From NCBI RefSeq assembly GCF_009834535.1, contig NC_045713.1:3038001-3102000 (forward strand): DNA of 64,000 nt. The letters run 5' to 3'. Positions within the stretch are counted from its first letter, which is position 1; each line of letters opens with the position of its first letter. The notes beneath the pieces were generated by a model. It was not told the DNA's origin and made no database searches. It worked only from the letters and a program-made list of their open reading frames with translations. The position numbers and the translations under genes were made by a program. Below, in pieces: positions 38,620-50,875 of this stretch. This DNA comes from Camelus ferus. Taxonomy: Eukaryota.

Positions 38620-40510
38620 TGAGTAGATACTTTCCATCATATCATTTCACCTGACTTTTCATTAACTATTAAATCAAACCACTGTGAATTAGATTAAAGG
38701 AGACCTATTAGAAATAAGGGTTGAGGTTTATCACAAAGATGAGGCAGATAAACTAGACAGGATAGAGATAATAATCATATAAAGCATTCATTTTGAAAGC
38801 ACTTTACTTGGAAGATAATGGGTAGTTTTCATTGTGGGTGCACGTGCATGTAGGCATAGATACAGCTGAGATGGCCGTGCTTAATGGCATCTGCTTCCCT
38901 GAATACACCCTGCTGGTCTGCTGACCCCACAGGGCTGGCTCACCAGCCCCATCTTGGTGGATCAGAGCTTCCAAGCCTATATATTAACTCAGATGACAGC
39001 CAAGTTCTAGTTCTCTTTTAACAAAATACGCCTGCTGTAGGGACAGTGAAAAATGTGGACTCCACAGCGACTTTCACTGTAATTTGCCTTTGGAAAATGA
39101 ACACAACCTCTCCTCCTTCCCAAGAACATCGTACCTCCTCTAGCACCAGAGTTGGAGAAGGCTTGGTGGCCTGTCCTCACGTTTATCCATCTAAACTGCC
39201 TTAGCTAAAGAGAGAGCATTATTTAGATGATCACCCGGTGACTAAGGGTTTCCAGCCTTTGCCCTGCCCATCTTTCATGACTTTTCTGTAAGCTGGATGA
39301 GAGTAAGTTCTGCAAGCTGGATACTTACTAGGGGGCCAAAGGACCTTAGTCCTTGAATTGAGGAATAGTTTCATTTCTGGTGTTGGATGGAAATTCCTAC
39401 ATATGGGGGAATGGTGACAAGCCCTGTCCTGAAATGACAACGGGTGGGTTGAGTCTGGAGTTGGATAGCAACAGGTGAGCTAGAACGAGTACCAGTTACC
39501 CTCCCTTGACAAAGCATTTCCGATGTTCCAGCTGGAGAGTGAATATTTCCCGTTCCCGTCACAATGAAGGCGGCATCATATTCATCTTATTTTTGGGTAG
39601 GGAGCAGGTCTAGGATAGCTGAGAAATGAGCCAGCCCTTCACACAGCCCTGGAGGGACTGCTGCCTCTTGTATATCTGTGAAACGAGATACACCGAATGC
39701 CAGTGCCTGGGGTCAGTGCTGGACTGTGGCCAACCAGGCCGGATGAGGTTTTGTTGGCACATATCTGAAAAGCTCCATGTTATGTGAGGCATGCCGGGAA
39801 TAGGTGGCCACTCAGGATCAGCAGGGAGGAGGAGCAGCCAAGACTGATCACTGTGTTGTAGGCAGAAGTCATTGAAACTGAACCAGCGGCAGAAGTTTGC
39901 CCCAGAGGCTGAGGCATAATCATTAAATGTAATCGTAGGCTCATGTGTGGTTGAGTAGACACCTGGACCAGCAAGCGTCTATACCAGCTTCAATGAGAAG
40001 AGGGTGCAGTGTACCTGAATGGTCAGGTGGAGTTGGTCCAACGCAGGTGATCCACATTAGTTCCCCCCATCACAGCACGATCCAACAAGCTTCCAGGAAT
40101 GGACCAGGACTGAGCACTGCAAAGACTATAAGAGCTGAGTAAGTACAGAGAGGCTGGCATTCCAGGGAGGGCTCCAAGCTCAGGAAAAAGCCTGGAGCAC
40201 AAGGCAGGGTAACTGTGCAAGCAGAGGACAGATGTTTGGTCTGCTGGTGCCATGTGGGCTAGATGTGTGGGAAGAGCTATGACTCCCAGGCTTTACAGGG
40301 GTCAGGGCTCAGCCCACCTATGTTTAGATTCAGGTGCTTTTGTCCCAAGCGCCCCTGGACACTGAGGCCAAGGTTGCTGGGCAGCATTTTGGCTCAGGCA
40401 GACCTGGACCTTCCTTGGCTCTCCCAGGGGCCCCTCAGTATATCTGGCAGTGGGGGTTAGGGAAGGCCAGTGCAGTGAAACATCTTTGGGCCTGACCCTG
40501 TCATGGATAC

Positions 40511-40600
40511 TTTTTTTTTTTTAATGAAGGTACTGGGTATTGAACCCAGGACCTTGTGCATGCTAAGCATATGGTCTACCCCTGAGCTAAACACCTCCCC
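40511..40600 (-). mobile_element. tRNA-Ala-derived SINE (camelid Vic-1 type)
   Basis: Minus strand GGGGAGGTGTTTAGCTCAGGGGTAGACCATATGCTTAGCATGCACAAGGTCCTGGGTTCAATACCCAGTACC plus A12 tail; A box, intact B box GGTTCAATACC, AGC anticodon loop remnant. Confidence 0.88.
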
Positions 40601-40674
40601 AACCCCCACTGCCAAATTCATCCATTTGTGCACTTATCATTTGTGAACTTTTTTGTTTTGAATGTGTGTAATGC

Positions 40675-40771
40675 TTTTTTTTCGGAGGGGGGGGGTAGAG
40701 GCACTGGGGATTTAATCCAGGACCTTATACATTCTAAGCATCCACTCTACCACTGAGCTATACCCACCACC
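40675..40771 (-). mobile_element. Second tRNA-Ala-derived Vic-1-type SINE
   Basis: Minus strand GGGTATAGCTCAGTGGTAGAGTGGATGCTTAGAATGTATAAGGTCCTGGATTAAATCCCC plus C-rich linker and A tail; B box degenerate. Confidence 0.85.
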
Positions 40772-41314
40772 TGACATTTTTTTAATTTAGATCCAGGAAA
40801 CTAGTCCTGGCAAATGAGCTCTCCTGACTCTAACCACTAGTTTCCCTCAAAATGATCCTCGTCTATCACCATTGCTGCAGAAGGTCACTTCCAAGTCCAA
40901 GATAGTTTTATTTTTGTTATTCCATTCCACACAGCTGAGGTCTATGGCATGTAATTAAAATAGCTTGTTGTTTTATTTGATTATGAATGTAATACATGTT
41001 CATCATTAGGGCATACAGAAAAATGTTCATAAAAATAAGTAGTCTTTTATGAGGATGACTTCTGTCTCTAAAGGATACATAGCTAAAATTGATCAAAGAA
41101 ATAAGGCTTTAAAAGTCTCAGAGTCATTTTCCCCTGGGATTCTGGAGCTCTGTTCAGCCATCCACTTGGATGCACAGAGGTGATCTTCCCATTAACAAAT
41201 GCAAGGCAGGCAGGCAAGGACATGGAGGGTACAAAACGGGAGATGGCCGAAGAAATCTCTGCTTTTTGATTTTTACATGCATTTTCATACTTCCATTTGA
41301 GCGGAGATTAGTCT

Positions 41315-41486
41315 NNNNNNNNNNNNNNNNNNNNNNNNNNNNNNNNNNNNNNNNNNNNNNNNNNNNNNNNNNNNNNNNNNNNNNNNNNNNNNNNNNNNNN
41401 NNNNNNNNNNNNNNNNNNNNNNNNNNNNNNNNNNNNNNNNNNNNNNNNNNNNNNNNNNNNNNNNNNNNNNNNNNNNNNNNNNNNNN
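41315..41486. other. Assembly gap (172 N)
   Basis: Run of N. Confidence 1.
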
Positions 41487-42879
41487 CAGTGAGGGTGGCC
41501 CTGAGCTAGGGCCAGTAGAGCACAGGGACAGGGAGAAACTGGTCTCATAGCGGTGGGTGCCAAGATGCCAAAGCTCTATGTGCAAAGACCATGGCTAACT
41601 GTAGTCTTGGAGCGGTCTGACATATCTGAGCAGGGAGTTGCAGTTTCCAAAGCTTCTGGCAGCAGGATACTCACTATCAGAGGACTGTCAAAATCATAGA
41701 TGCCGGAGAGCCACTCAGATGGAAACAATGAGTATTATTGTGTCTCTGGGCACTTAAATGGAGCCAGACTATCCATGTGGCTCAGGACGGAGAAGAGCAG
41801 CAAGGCTAGCCAGGGGCAACATCTCCCTGCGTCTGCCTCTGCATGTATTCTTGTCATCCTCTGGTGAACCCACTGCCCTGGACATCTTCTAGCTCCTCCC
41901 CAGATTTCTGAGCCCTTCGGTCCTTCTTTGGCTCCTGACGCCCACCTCAGGCTTGCTCCGCTCGCATGATAATCTGGATTTCTCAGGTGTCAGGATATTT
42001 GTCTGCCCAGCCCAACTCTTTCTGGCAAACACTTTTGGCTCCACATCTCCATTCACCCTGATCCTTTGGGACCCTTCCAAGAAAGTGAATGAATTCCAAT
42101 GAAGAACCGCAGTCAAGGATTAAGCCTGTGTTGATTGGATGGAAAAGCTTTACTGAAACAAGGACAAAAGGACAAGACCCTAGTCAGCTAGACTGGATTC
42201 AAGGCTAAGAGCTCTGTCCTTTGGGGAAATGAAGGGCAAATCAGATCAAGAGGGAAAGGCAAGCCAGTCATACACTCCACACATAGACCGTGGTTCTTAG
42301 GCTGCAGATTGAGTTTCAAGTATCACAGTGTTCATTTTCAAGATGCTGGTTGAGAGGCTGGTGCAGGGTCCCTAAAGCTGGAAGTTGCAGACCTGGGATA
42401 TGTCCCCAGGCACTATCATTACCCAGAAGGGAGCAGGAGGAAGGTGGATGGGTCCAGAAAAGCCAGAAACTAATCATTGGCCACTACAATGCAACGTCTA
42501 CAGCCACATTTCTTCCCTTACATTTATTTCTCAAAATACCATCACTTCACAATTCAATATTCCAGGTACAACTGAAAATACTCCCCTCTCTTTACCAAAA
42601 AAGAACAAATTAAACTCCTATCACTTATGCCTGTAGTTCCATGTTCAGAATCTCTGCTTGATATTTACTTCACCTCCACTTCTGCTTGAGTCTGTCTGGA
42701 TATTCGGCAAGCTATGAAGTAGATGGCTAATTTAACTACCACCCACCGAGCCTACACACCCTGTGAGGCAAAGAGAGGAGGAAAGAAGAAGAGGGAAATT
42801 AATTAAAATACAGAAATGCACATCTGACAGCAGCCACACGCCTTATTTATATCTCCCTACCTGCTCCATCTCCACTTGT

Positions 42880-43775
42880 ACGTCTGTATGTCTACCTCTA
42901 CGTGTCCAAACTGAGTGCTTGGTCTTCCCCTACAACCTGTACAGTCTTCCCATTTCTGTGACTTAGAACAGAAACCTTAGGGACCTCTCTTTCTCAGGCT
43001 GTATCGAATATGTCAGCAAGTCTCACTGGTTTTACTTTCAAGGTACATCCAGAATCTACCCTTTTTCAGTTATAACCCTGGTGCAGACACCACCAACTCC
43101 TGCTAGGATTGCTGCTGTGACCTCTGAGTGCACCTGCCTGCTCCTCCTCTTGCCCACTCGAGTCTCTTCTCAACACGGCAGACAGAGTGAACCTGTTAGA
43201 AGGTTGTCATAGCAATATACACCATCCTGCCCTAACCCCCAGTGGCCTCCAGCACTAGAAACCAGACTCTTCATCATGCCTGCAGGGGATCCATGATCTG
43301 GTGCCCATGATGCCCTGACTGCAACCCCATCCCTCTCACTCACTCACTTCACCCACCCTGCTTCTTTGCTCTTGCTCCCACAGGGCTGGCATATCCCCAC
43401 CCCATGCTGTGTGCACTGGCTATCCCCTCCACTTGAAAACAGCCACATGGCTTTTTCCCCCATGTCCTTCATATCCTTATTCAAATGCCACCCTCTCAGT
43501 GATGTCTGCTCTGACCACATGGCTTAATATCATAACCCTCTACCAACACCCAATTTCCATTCTCTGCCTTTATTTTCCCCTGTACTCCTTATCACCTTCT
43601 ACCATAATATATATTTTTCTTATTTATGTGGTTTATTATCTGCATAAATGCCACAAAAAAAGGGTATTTTATTTTATTCATTACTTTGCCCCTTAGCCCA
43701 GACAGTGCTTGGCACATAGGAGACACTCAATAAATATCTGTTGAATGAATGAAAGAACAGATGAATGAATGAATG
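42880..43775 (+). mobile_element. L2a LINE 3' portion
   Basis: tccagaatctaccc...tcaaatgccaccctctcagtg...gtgcttggcacataggagacactcaataaatatctgttgaatgaatga. Confidence 0.88.
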
Positions 43776-43799
43776 CTTGAACTGCTCATGGGGCCAGAG

Positions 43800-45200
43800 C
43801 TGGTGTTCCACCATCTTCTCTCCACCAGAACCCGTTCAGACTTCCTTCACCTCTTCCCAGCGCTGCGGCCAATGGACAGGGCAGGTTAGGATGACCCGAA
43901 TCTGCATCTTGAGTCCTTGGTGTACTTACCTGTGCAGAGTTGCTGTCATCTCCTATTAAACTTTACTGCACATCAGAGTGATGTGACTGTCCCAGGGAGT
44001 CCCTGGGTTCCACCTGTATGTTCCCTGCTCCCTATTATATAATAGCAGCCTAATTTCTCCTTGATTGGCCAGGACATCAGTCATCCCAGCCAGTGGGACA
44101 AACCACAATTGTCCCAGTGAAATGAATAGCTGGGATTATCTAGGTGTCAGTCTCAGCTCCCAATTCTACTCTCTCTCCTAAGAAAGTCAAGATCATGGGC
44201 ACAAAGAGTAAAATGTTTAATAATGGGTCATTAGGTATATTCATGAGAATTGCTTTTCTCCCATTGTCTTCCTTGGTACTGGACTCATGTGTCCTAGCAA
44301 TGGAGCAACAGCACCATATTCTGAACCCTGGTGCACAACTTTCAGAAAGAACCTTGAAGGTGTTGTCTTCCAGCTGTCAGTGTAATTGAGCCATCAGCAA
44401 GCCATTCTGCCAGTCTGTGAAGTCAGATGCTTCTGGGTGATAGGATTCATGATAAGAGTGGATCACATGGGCATCAGCTCATTGCCTTTCTTCTCTGCCT
44501 GGGGAGAACATTCTTTGGTCAGAAGCAATGTTGTGTGAGACAGTGAATAACATATTCTGTAACTTGACAGATGACAGTGCTCACAGAGGCCTGGCAGGCC
44601 AGGAAGCAGAAGCAAAATCAAACCCAGAATAAAGGGCTGCTCCAACAGGATCCATTGCACAGCCTTTATGACAGGAGGGGCTCCGTGTAATTAACCTGCC
44701 ACCAGGAGCTGGATGACCTCCAACAGGCAAGTGATCATACCGGTGCTCCATCATGTCCAAGGTTAGTCACTGATGTCAGCATACTGGTCAGTGTAGAGTC
44801 ACAGCTGGTGACAGAAGGGCCTTGGTGAGGGGAAGTGCATATTGCAGAGCCTCTTCTTAGCCTTCATCTTTAGAAACATAGCTGCCATTTCATTTGCTGG
44901 GTCCTTTCATTGGGTATTGGCAGAGGAGGGTGATTAATATTGACAAAAAGGCCAAACTGTCCATCTAATTATTAAACATCCTCAATAGCACGGGGCCTGT
45001 TGGTGAGCATTTACATTGCACACAAATATTCCCATACTCTGGCCAAGTGTAAAAATTCCACATGATTCTTCCCCCAACTGCCTTGTCATCAGCATCCTGA
45101 TCTTATTCCTCCCCAGTTCCTGTCCATTGCCACCACCCTGGCCTGCTGTCCTGGAATTCCTCATTTGCTTCGTGTGGTCTGTATTAGCAGCAGTCTGATT
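43800..45200 (-). mobile_element. ERVL internal pol remnant (RNase H and integrase)
   Basis: Minus-strand translation of 44341-44460 gives SYHESYHPEASDFTDWQNGLLMAQLH*QLEDNTF, matching ERVL IN SYHVPHHPEAAGLIERWNGLLKSQLQCQLGDNTL. ORF 44982-45164 contains IFVCNVNAHQQ, matching RNase H IFVSHVxAHQR. Stops and frameshifts present. Confidence 0.88.
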
Positions 45201-45214
45201 GGTCTGCAGTCATT

Positions 45215-45610
45215 CTAGATGATCATGAGCAGTGACCTCATTGGCTGCTTTTGCCACTGTTGATGATGATTTGGAGAAGGGCAAACTCCAAGAGATGACA
45301 GGGACGCTGCATAATAAGGCCCAAAAGAGCAAGGACCAAGGAAACTCAAGGGTCTAGGGAGCATGAATTTTGATGGATCCACAGGAGTGCAGCTCCTGGA
45401 GTAGATGAGCATTACCATCGTCATGGTCATTGTGGCAGCTCAAGATTCACATTCTGGCCCAGAATGTCTGACTGGTCCTGCCTGGGTGCCGTATCTCTGC
45501 TTCTTGGCTATTCCAGACTGTAGCTCATGGGAGGGAAGCAGTTTCCCAAAAGGAAATCAGCGTGGCAATATCGAAGGTGAAATGGACATTGAGCAGCCAT
45601 AAGCTCTACA
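45215..45610 (-). mobile_element. Old MaLR/ERVL LTR (MLT1J-L-like)
   Basis: Ends ggaagcagtttcccaaaaggaaatcag...tggacattgagcagcc...ctaca, the reverse complement of an MLT1J-type 5' end. Confidence 0.55.
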
Positions 45611-46040
45611 AATTTCTGCTATACCGGACCTCGTGGTCTGAAGATCTTCAAGGCGTTCAGTGGTCTTTTTGGTGGGGATGGTTGTGGTGGTTCCAAGAGG
45701 GTGGAGTGATCATTACTCATGGACTTACTTAGTTGGTGCCTAGCAAATAAATATTTCCTACCACCACCGGTCCTTTCTCCCGTCTCCGTCTCCTTGTCCA
45801 CAGTCTGAGCTGCTGATCCTGCTGGCTGATACGTGATAGCCACTCGTGCTTCTCAGAAGCGACATTTGGCCCACTGACCTGTGCTCTATCTTTTGAAAGA
45901 CCGCCCTGACCTCTGGCACACACGTCAGAGCACACAGCCTGTTTTTTGGTTGGTAGGGTATGGCTGCCGTCTTCCCAGGCTGCTGGTTCAGCCTCTGCTT
46001 CTGGTTACGTTCATTCTCAGCTTTCCCAGACGTGGGGTCA

Positions 46041-46048
46041 TATAAAAG
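46041..46048 (+). promoter_or_regulatory. Consensus TATA box (TATAAAAG) in a CpG-retaining region
   Basis: Motif only; no transcript evidence. Confidence 0.3.
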
Positions 46049-47514
46049 GCCACCACAAAGAAAAGAGGAAAAAAAAAATCTCATAAGCGCCAGGGCTCAG
46101 CCTCATGGCAGGTTTTCATTAGGTCTTAATGAAGCTTGGGTCTGCTGTCCCCGAGGCCCTTTTTAATTTCCACTTGATCTGGCTCAGCCGGCTCCTTAGC
46201 CCTGAGGACTCCCAGAAGAAGATTCCTGGGCTCAGGTGTCACACAGAGCTAAAGCTCAGGCTGGGGACAAGGAAGGAGAGTGGAAGGAACTGGAAACAGA
46301 ATTTCTGTTGCTTCCAAGAGCAGCAGCATCATGTCTCTAAGACATCTTCCCTGCATGGCTGTCTGCTGAGTGTCAGCCTCTTGAGAGGGGACCTGGAGAG
46401 GGATCACAGGCTGGGATGTCAGAGAAACTTGGCTCCGGTTCCAGCTCTGGCCGCTTACTAGGTCTGTCACTTGCATACTTCCCCTCCAGCCTTGACTTTC
46501 TGTTTCTGTGGAGTATTGTAAAAATAGTGTCTTAGTAAGTACAGTCTATGTGCATGTTGATCTTGCACGCACATAGTTAGACACTCTGCCGTGTATTTTT
46601 ATCTACATTATTGTATTTCATAGCCACATCTAGCTTTGGGACTTAAATACTATTAAACCTAACTTATCGATGAGAAAATTAACATACGTTTTAGCTGGCA
46701 TCAGAATCCTGTCTGACTTGAAAGCTTGTGCATACGCGGTTGGATTCTGCACCTCTGTCCGCATGTGATGAATGCCGTGTCTGGGGTGGAACAACCACTT
46801 CGCTGCTCTGTTTGAACATATGCTTAGTTGCCCTGCGTATGAGTCTAGCTGACTCCGTGCACGTGGGCCGAGCTGTCATGAGCAATATTTCAGCAGATCT
46901 TGTCACCGAGAGCATTTTCATATGCTAATAAGAATTAATAATTCATGTTCAGTAATCTGCCTGGTGTTTTTCCTATCCCTCTTCCCCTGCTGCGGGACAA
47001 AGTGGACGAGAGAGAGGATGCTACCTGGAGGACAGGCCGGGCCATCTGCATAGCTATCTCCACATAGGGCATGGTGGGCTGTCTCTGCTGCTGAAGATGG
47101 GGAGGGTGACTAGGGGGAATGACAAGGCAATGCCCGCCTCCTTTGGGTTTGGGGAGGCTCTGTGCTGACAGCTGTCTGGCTCTGTCTGCATGGGGATCAC
47201 ACTCCGCTGCCTACTGTTTCTACCTTATCTCACTTTTCACAGCGATTGTTGAAAATCAGGTACCCTGTGATATTTCTGGACTTGGTCGAGCCTGAATCAT
47301 CCCTCCCTGGGAAGCAGGCCTAGCAGGCCAGGAGGGCTTTCCCTATTTAGGCTAATGTCTGTGTTACCCTTGAGCTTGGAGGAATTTTCCAAGCCACTAA
47401 TTTGTACTTTGCCAGGAGACAAGAGCGAGGAGTGAGTGGTATTATTTTTGGCTTTCCAAATTGGAGTACCGCTTTGGGGTACTAGATGTTCTCAATTTCT
47501 TATTTTCTTCAACT

Positions 47515-47662
47515 NNNNNNNNNNNNNNNNNNNNNNNNNNNNNNNNNNNNNNNNNNNNNNNNNNNNNNNNNNNNNNNNNNNNNNNNNNNNNNNNNNNNNN
47601 NNNNNNNNNNNNNNNNNNNNNNNNNNNNNNNNNNNNNNNNNNNNNNNNNNNNNNNNNNNNNN
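47515..47662. other. Assembly gap (148 N)
   Basis: Run of N. Confidence 1.
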
Positions 47663-47799
47663 TGCCAGGCTCTGAGTTAAGTACTGCAGGGGAATAAAGA
47701 TGGATTTATTCATTCCTATATCCATCTAGTCATTCATATAACTTTTTTGAGCACCTGCTACTGACCAGTTACTGGCAGGTGCTAGAGCTGGAGCTATTT

Positions 47800-48060
47800 G
47801 TCAATTAGGGCTGTGTCCTGCTTCGAGTAACAGAAAACTGAATAGATGTGCCTTAAATAAATAAGGGCTTCTTAATATTAGTTAATAGGACCTATGATGT
47901 TTCAGATGATATTTCTGCTTTAACTGAGCCTCTTCCTCATGATCTCATGATGGCTGCTGCAGCACCAGCCATAACTTCTGCTTCAAGGCAGGAAGAAAGA
48001 AAGGCTGAGTCAGCTGAGTTCAGATATTTCTATCAAGAAAACACAAATTTTCCCCACATC
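47800..48060 (-). mobile_element. MaLR MLT1J-like LTR
   Basis: gagtaacagaaaactg...catgatggctgctgcagcaccagccataac...ttcaaggcaggaagaa. Confidence 0.65.
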
Positions 48061-49248
48061 ACATACATGAATTCATTTGATTCTCAATATAAACCTATGA
48101 GACGGGTTGAACAGACATCACTAGTCCCATTTTATAGATGTCCTCATCTAGAAAACTGAGGCACAAAGAGGCAAAATAATGGTATTCGGGGGACCCAAGG
48201 GTAATACATAGTAATCCAGGGAACAAAATCTAGATCTGCCGTCTCTTACTCAGTGTTCTCACCTTAGTCTAAGCATCTGAAGTTTGACACAAGGCTTCTG
48301 TCTTCTTATCTCCTTATAAATCATCAAGTAGCCTCAGCCAGCTGCCAAAACCTTATCTGCTCACCTACCTAACCACCAACCCACCGTTCCACTCACTCAC
48401 CCACACACATTCAACAGATACCACTGACGTGAAGTAGGCATGTGACAAACCAGAAAGCAAACACTGAACAAGTAAGTGATTAATTAATCCTAAAAGTTAG
48501 GTTTTTTTTAAAGGAACACAAACTATACAGATAAAAGATAGTTTTAATAGTCATTTTTTCCCCACATTCACTTGGGTGCCCTTCAGGGATTCCGTGTTGC
48601 TCTGCCACCAATGGGCATTTCTACCCAGATGAAGATACTGCCAAGTTCCTGACCTCTCGTGCTATTCACCTTTCCGAAATGAAAGCTCTCCGAGTGACTT
48701 GCCCAAGAAAGCCAGCCAGATGGGAAATCTTGTTGTGAAATGCTGAAATACTTCAGACCCTCTTTCGCTGTGCAGGTCTCTTACTTTCAGCCTCTGGATT
48801 TGTCCCCCAGCAAGATGACCGGCTCTGCCTATTGCACAATGCACTTGAACTGCTGAGAATAAAGGCTGCACATGTTGAAGTCTGAGGTTCGCACTTCCCA
48901 CATCATGTCCTGTTTAATTTTCACAGTTTACCCTGTGAATGTTATTATCTCCATGTAACAGATGACGGCCTTGAGGCTCAATTTTTTTGTACAAAAATTT
49001 TAAAAAGTATTACTTTTCAAAATTTATTGCCAGGAACAACACATCAAGGATGCATGTTTATGTTCGGATAGGTAGGTTCAGAGAAGGTAAACAACTTGCC
49101 CAGGGTCACAGAGCTAATATGAACGAGACAGAGCAGCAATGAGAACCCAGGCTTGTCTGATCCCAAACTTGTGTTCCTTAGTACCAGGCAAACTGCCTCT
49201 GTATACGTCTTTGTTATGGTCTTCACTAGAGCTTCAGCACAAGAGCTT

Positions 49249-49435
49249 CAGCACCGTCCGGTGGACCTTTTGTGATGGTGGAAATATTATGTACCTGTGC
49301 TGTCCAGTATGGCAGCCACCAGCCACTTGAAATTGCAGTGAGAGCAATTGAGGAACTGGATTTTTAACTTCATTGAATTTTAATTAATTTAAATAGCTGC
49401 TAGTGAGGCTAATGGCTACTCTATTGAGACAGCTC
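49249..49435 (+). mobile_element. MER3 hAT-Charlie MITE
   Basis: cagcaccgtcc...tgtgatggtggaaat...gctgtccagtatggcagccaccagccac...gaggaactggattttt...aatggctactctattgagacagc. Confidence 0.82.
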
Positions 49436-50389
49436 TAGAACATTAACAACAATTAGGGAAACTCAGGCCACATAAAATGCCTGATTTCCTTAAGGTGGCT
49501 GACCCTAAGAGCTCCTAGTTACACACAAAGGAACAAGTCCTGAGGAATGAAAAGCCAATGGGAACTTTTGACCCCAAATTTACTACTTTGAAATAAATCT
49601 GTAAATTGCAGTTTTCTGTTTGTTGGTTTCGTTCAGGAAATCAGAAACTAATCTAGGTATTTTAGGCAGGATGGGATTTAACTAAGTGAATGAATCAGAA
49701 CCCCATCCATCCCTCCCTCCCCACCAACAGAAATGCCAGTAAATTTGATGTTAATACTATGATTCTGACTTTTGTGAATACGAGAAGAATGGCGAAAAAG
49801 AGAAATCTGGGGGATTTAATGGACAGGACATCTGCCCTATGGTTACCATTTTCCTCCAGGTAACATTATAGGTGAGCAGTAAATGTTCACTCAATTAATG
49901 ACTCGTCAGCAACAACATGAAGCAAGAACAAACTGAGTTTAAGAAACAGAGATAAATCAAAGGGTGGCACAGAGACTTTAGAAGAGACATTTTTGTAATG
50001 GAGACTTTTGACAAATAAAGGAGCCTCATTGCTGTTTTTCAGGGGAGTCAGGAGGTCAGGAGAATTGGGGGCCACCAGCCAGCATGTCCTGCAGAATGTC
50101 CAGGTGTTGCCTGGGCAGAGCTGAAGGTTCAGGAACCCCAGGTCCTGGAAGGAGGCTGCAGTCATTTCCCCACCATGCAGAGTATCCCAACTGTCCACTA
50201 AGCTAAGGACATTAATAGGGGTTACCTAGACCCTTTCCTGCCTTGGGCATTCTAGTTATTTCTCCTGTATGAACCCCCTGTGGACTCTGAGTTGACTTTC
50301 CCCGGAAACCCCAGTCTGGTATTGCCATGGGAGAAGAGAAGTATCCTCTACACTCTCTGCCTGCCAGGGAGCAGCGTACGAATCCAGTA

Positions 50390-50526
50390 GAATCAGGGCC
50401 CCATCCTTATGACCTCACTTAACCTTAATTACTTCCTTAGAGACCTCACCTCCAAAAACAGCCATACTGGGGGTTACAACTTCTGCATATGGGTTTTGGA
50501 GGGTCAGAAACATTCAGTCCGTAATA
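50390..50526 (-). mobile_element. MaLR MST/MLT1A LTR 5' fragment
   Basis: gggccccatccttatgacctcacttaaccttaattacttcc...acattcagtccgtaa. Confidence 0.8.
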
Positions 50527-50801
50527 GTAGGCTTCTCCTTCATTCTAATAGGAGAAGAACTCAAGGCACTATTCACCATCTCCCCCATAAACAATCCAGA
50601 GTCCCATCAGGGGGCAAACCAGATGGCATAAATGAGGTGTTCATGCGTATCCATGAAAAAGGTCTTTTCCCCAACTTCAAGGGCACCTCCACTTGAAAGC
50701 ATCATGCCTGTCCCAGAGTAGGTGATCATTAATGTTTAATACATGTATGTGTGTCACTCAGCCCAGAACATTGCTTGGACTGTCAAGGTTCAGATGAAGG
50801 G

Positions 50802-50875
50802 AGGGATCTTAACCAAAGGAAGGGATCTTAACCAAAGTGTCTTTAAACAGAAGGGCAGGATGCTGCTGGGTACCA
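50802..50875 (+). other. Locally templated insertion (tandem duplication plus two exact copies of downstream sequence)
   Basis: agggatcttaaccaaag at 50802-50818 and 50821-50837; 50834-50852 equals 53485-53503 (19 nt); 50849-50875 equals 52988-53014 (27 nt). Confidence 0.85.

Noticed and set aside
40511-40600. Functional tRNA-Ala gene
   Set aside because: Stem mismatches and an A-tail instead of a T-run terminator indicate a SINE.
46545-46582. Hairpin ctatgtgc...gcacatag as a pre-miRNA
   Set aside because: The stem is only ~8-12 bp, far short of a pre-miRNA.
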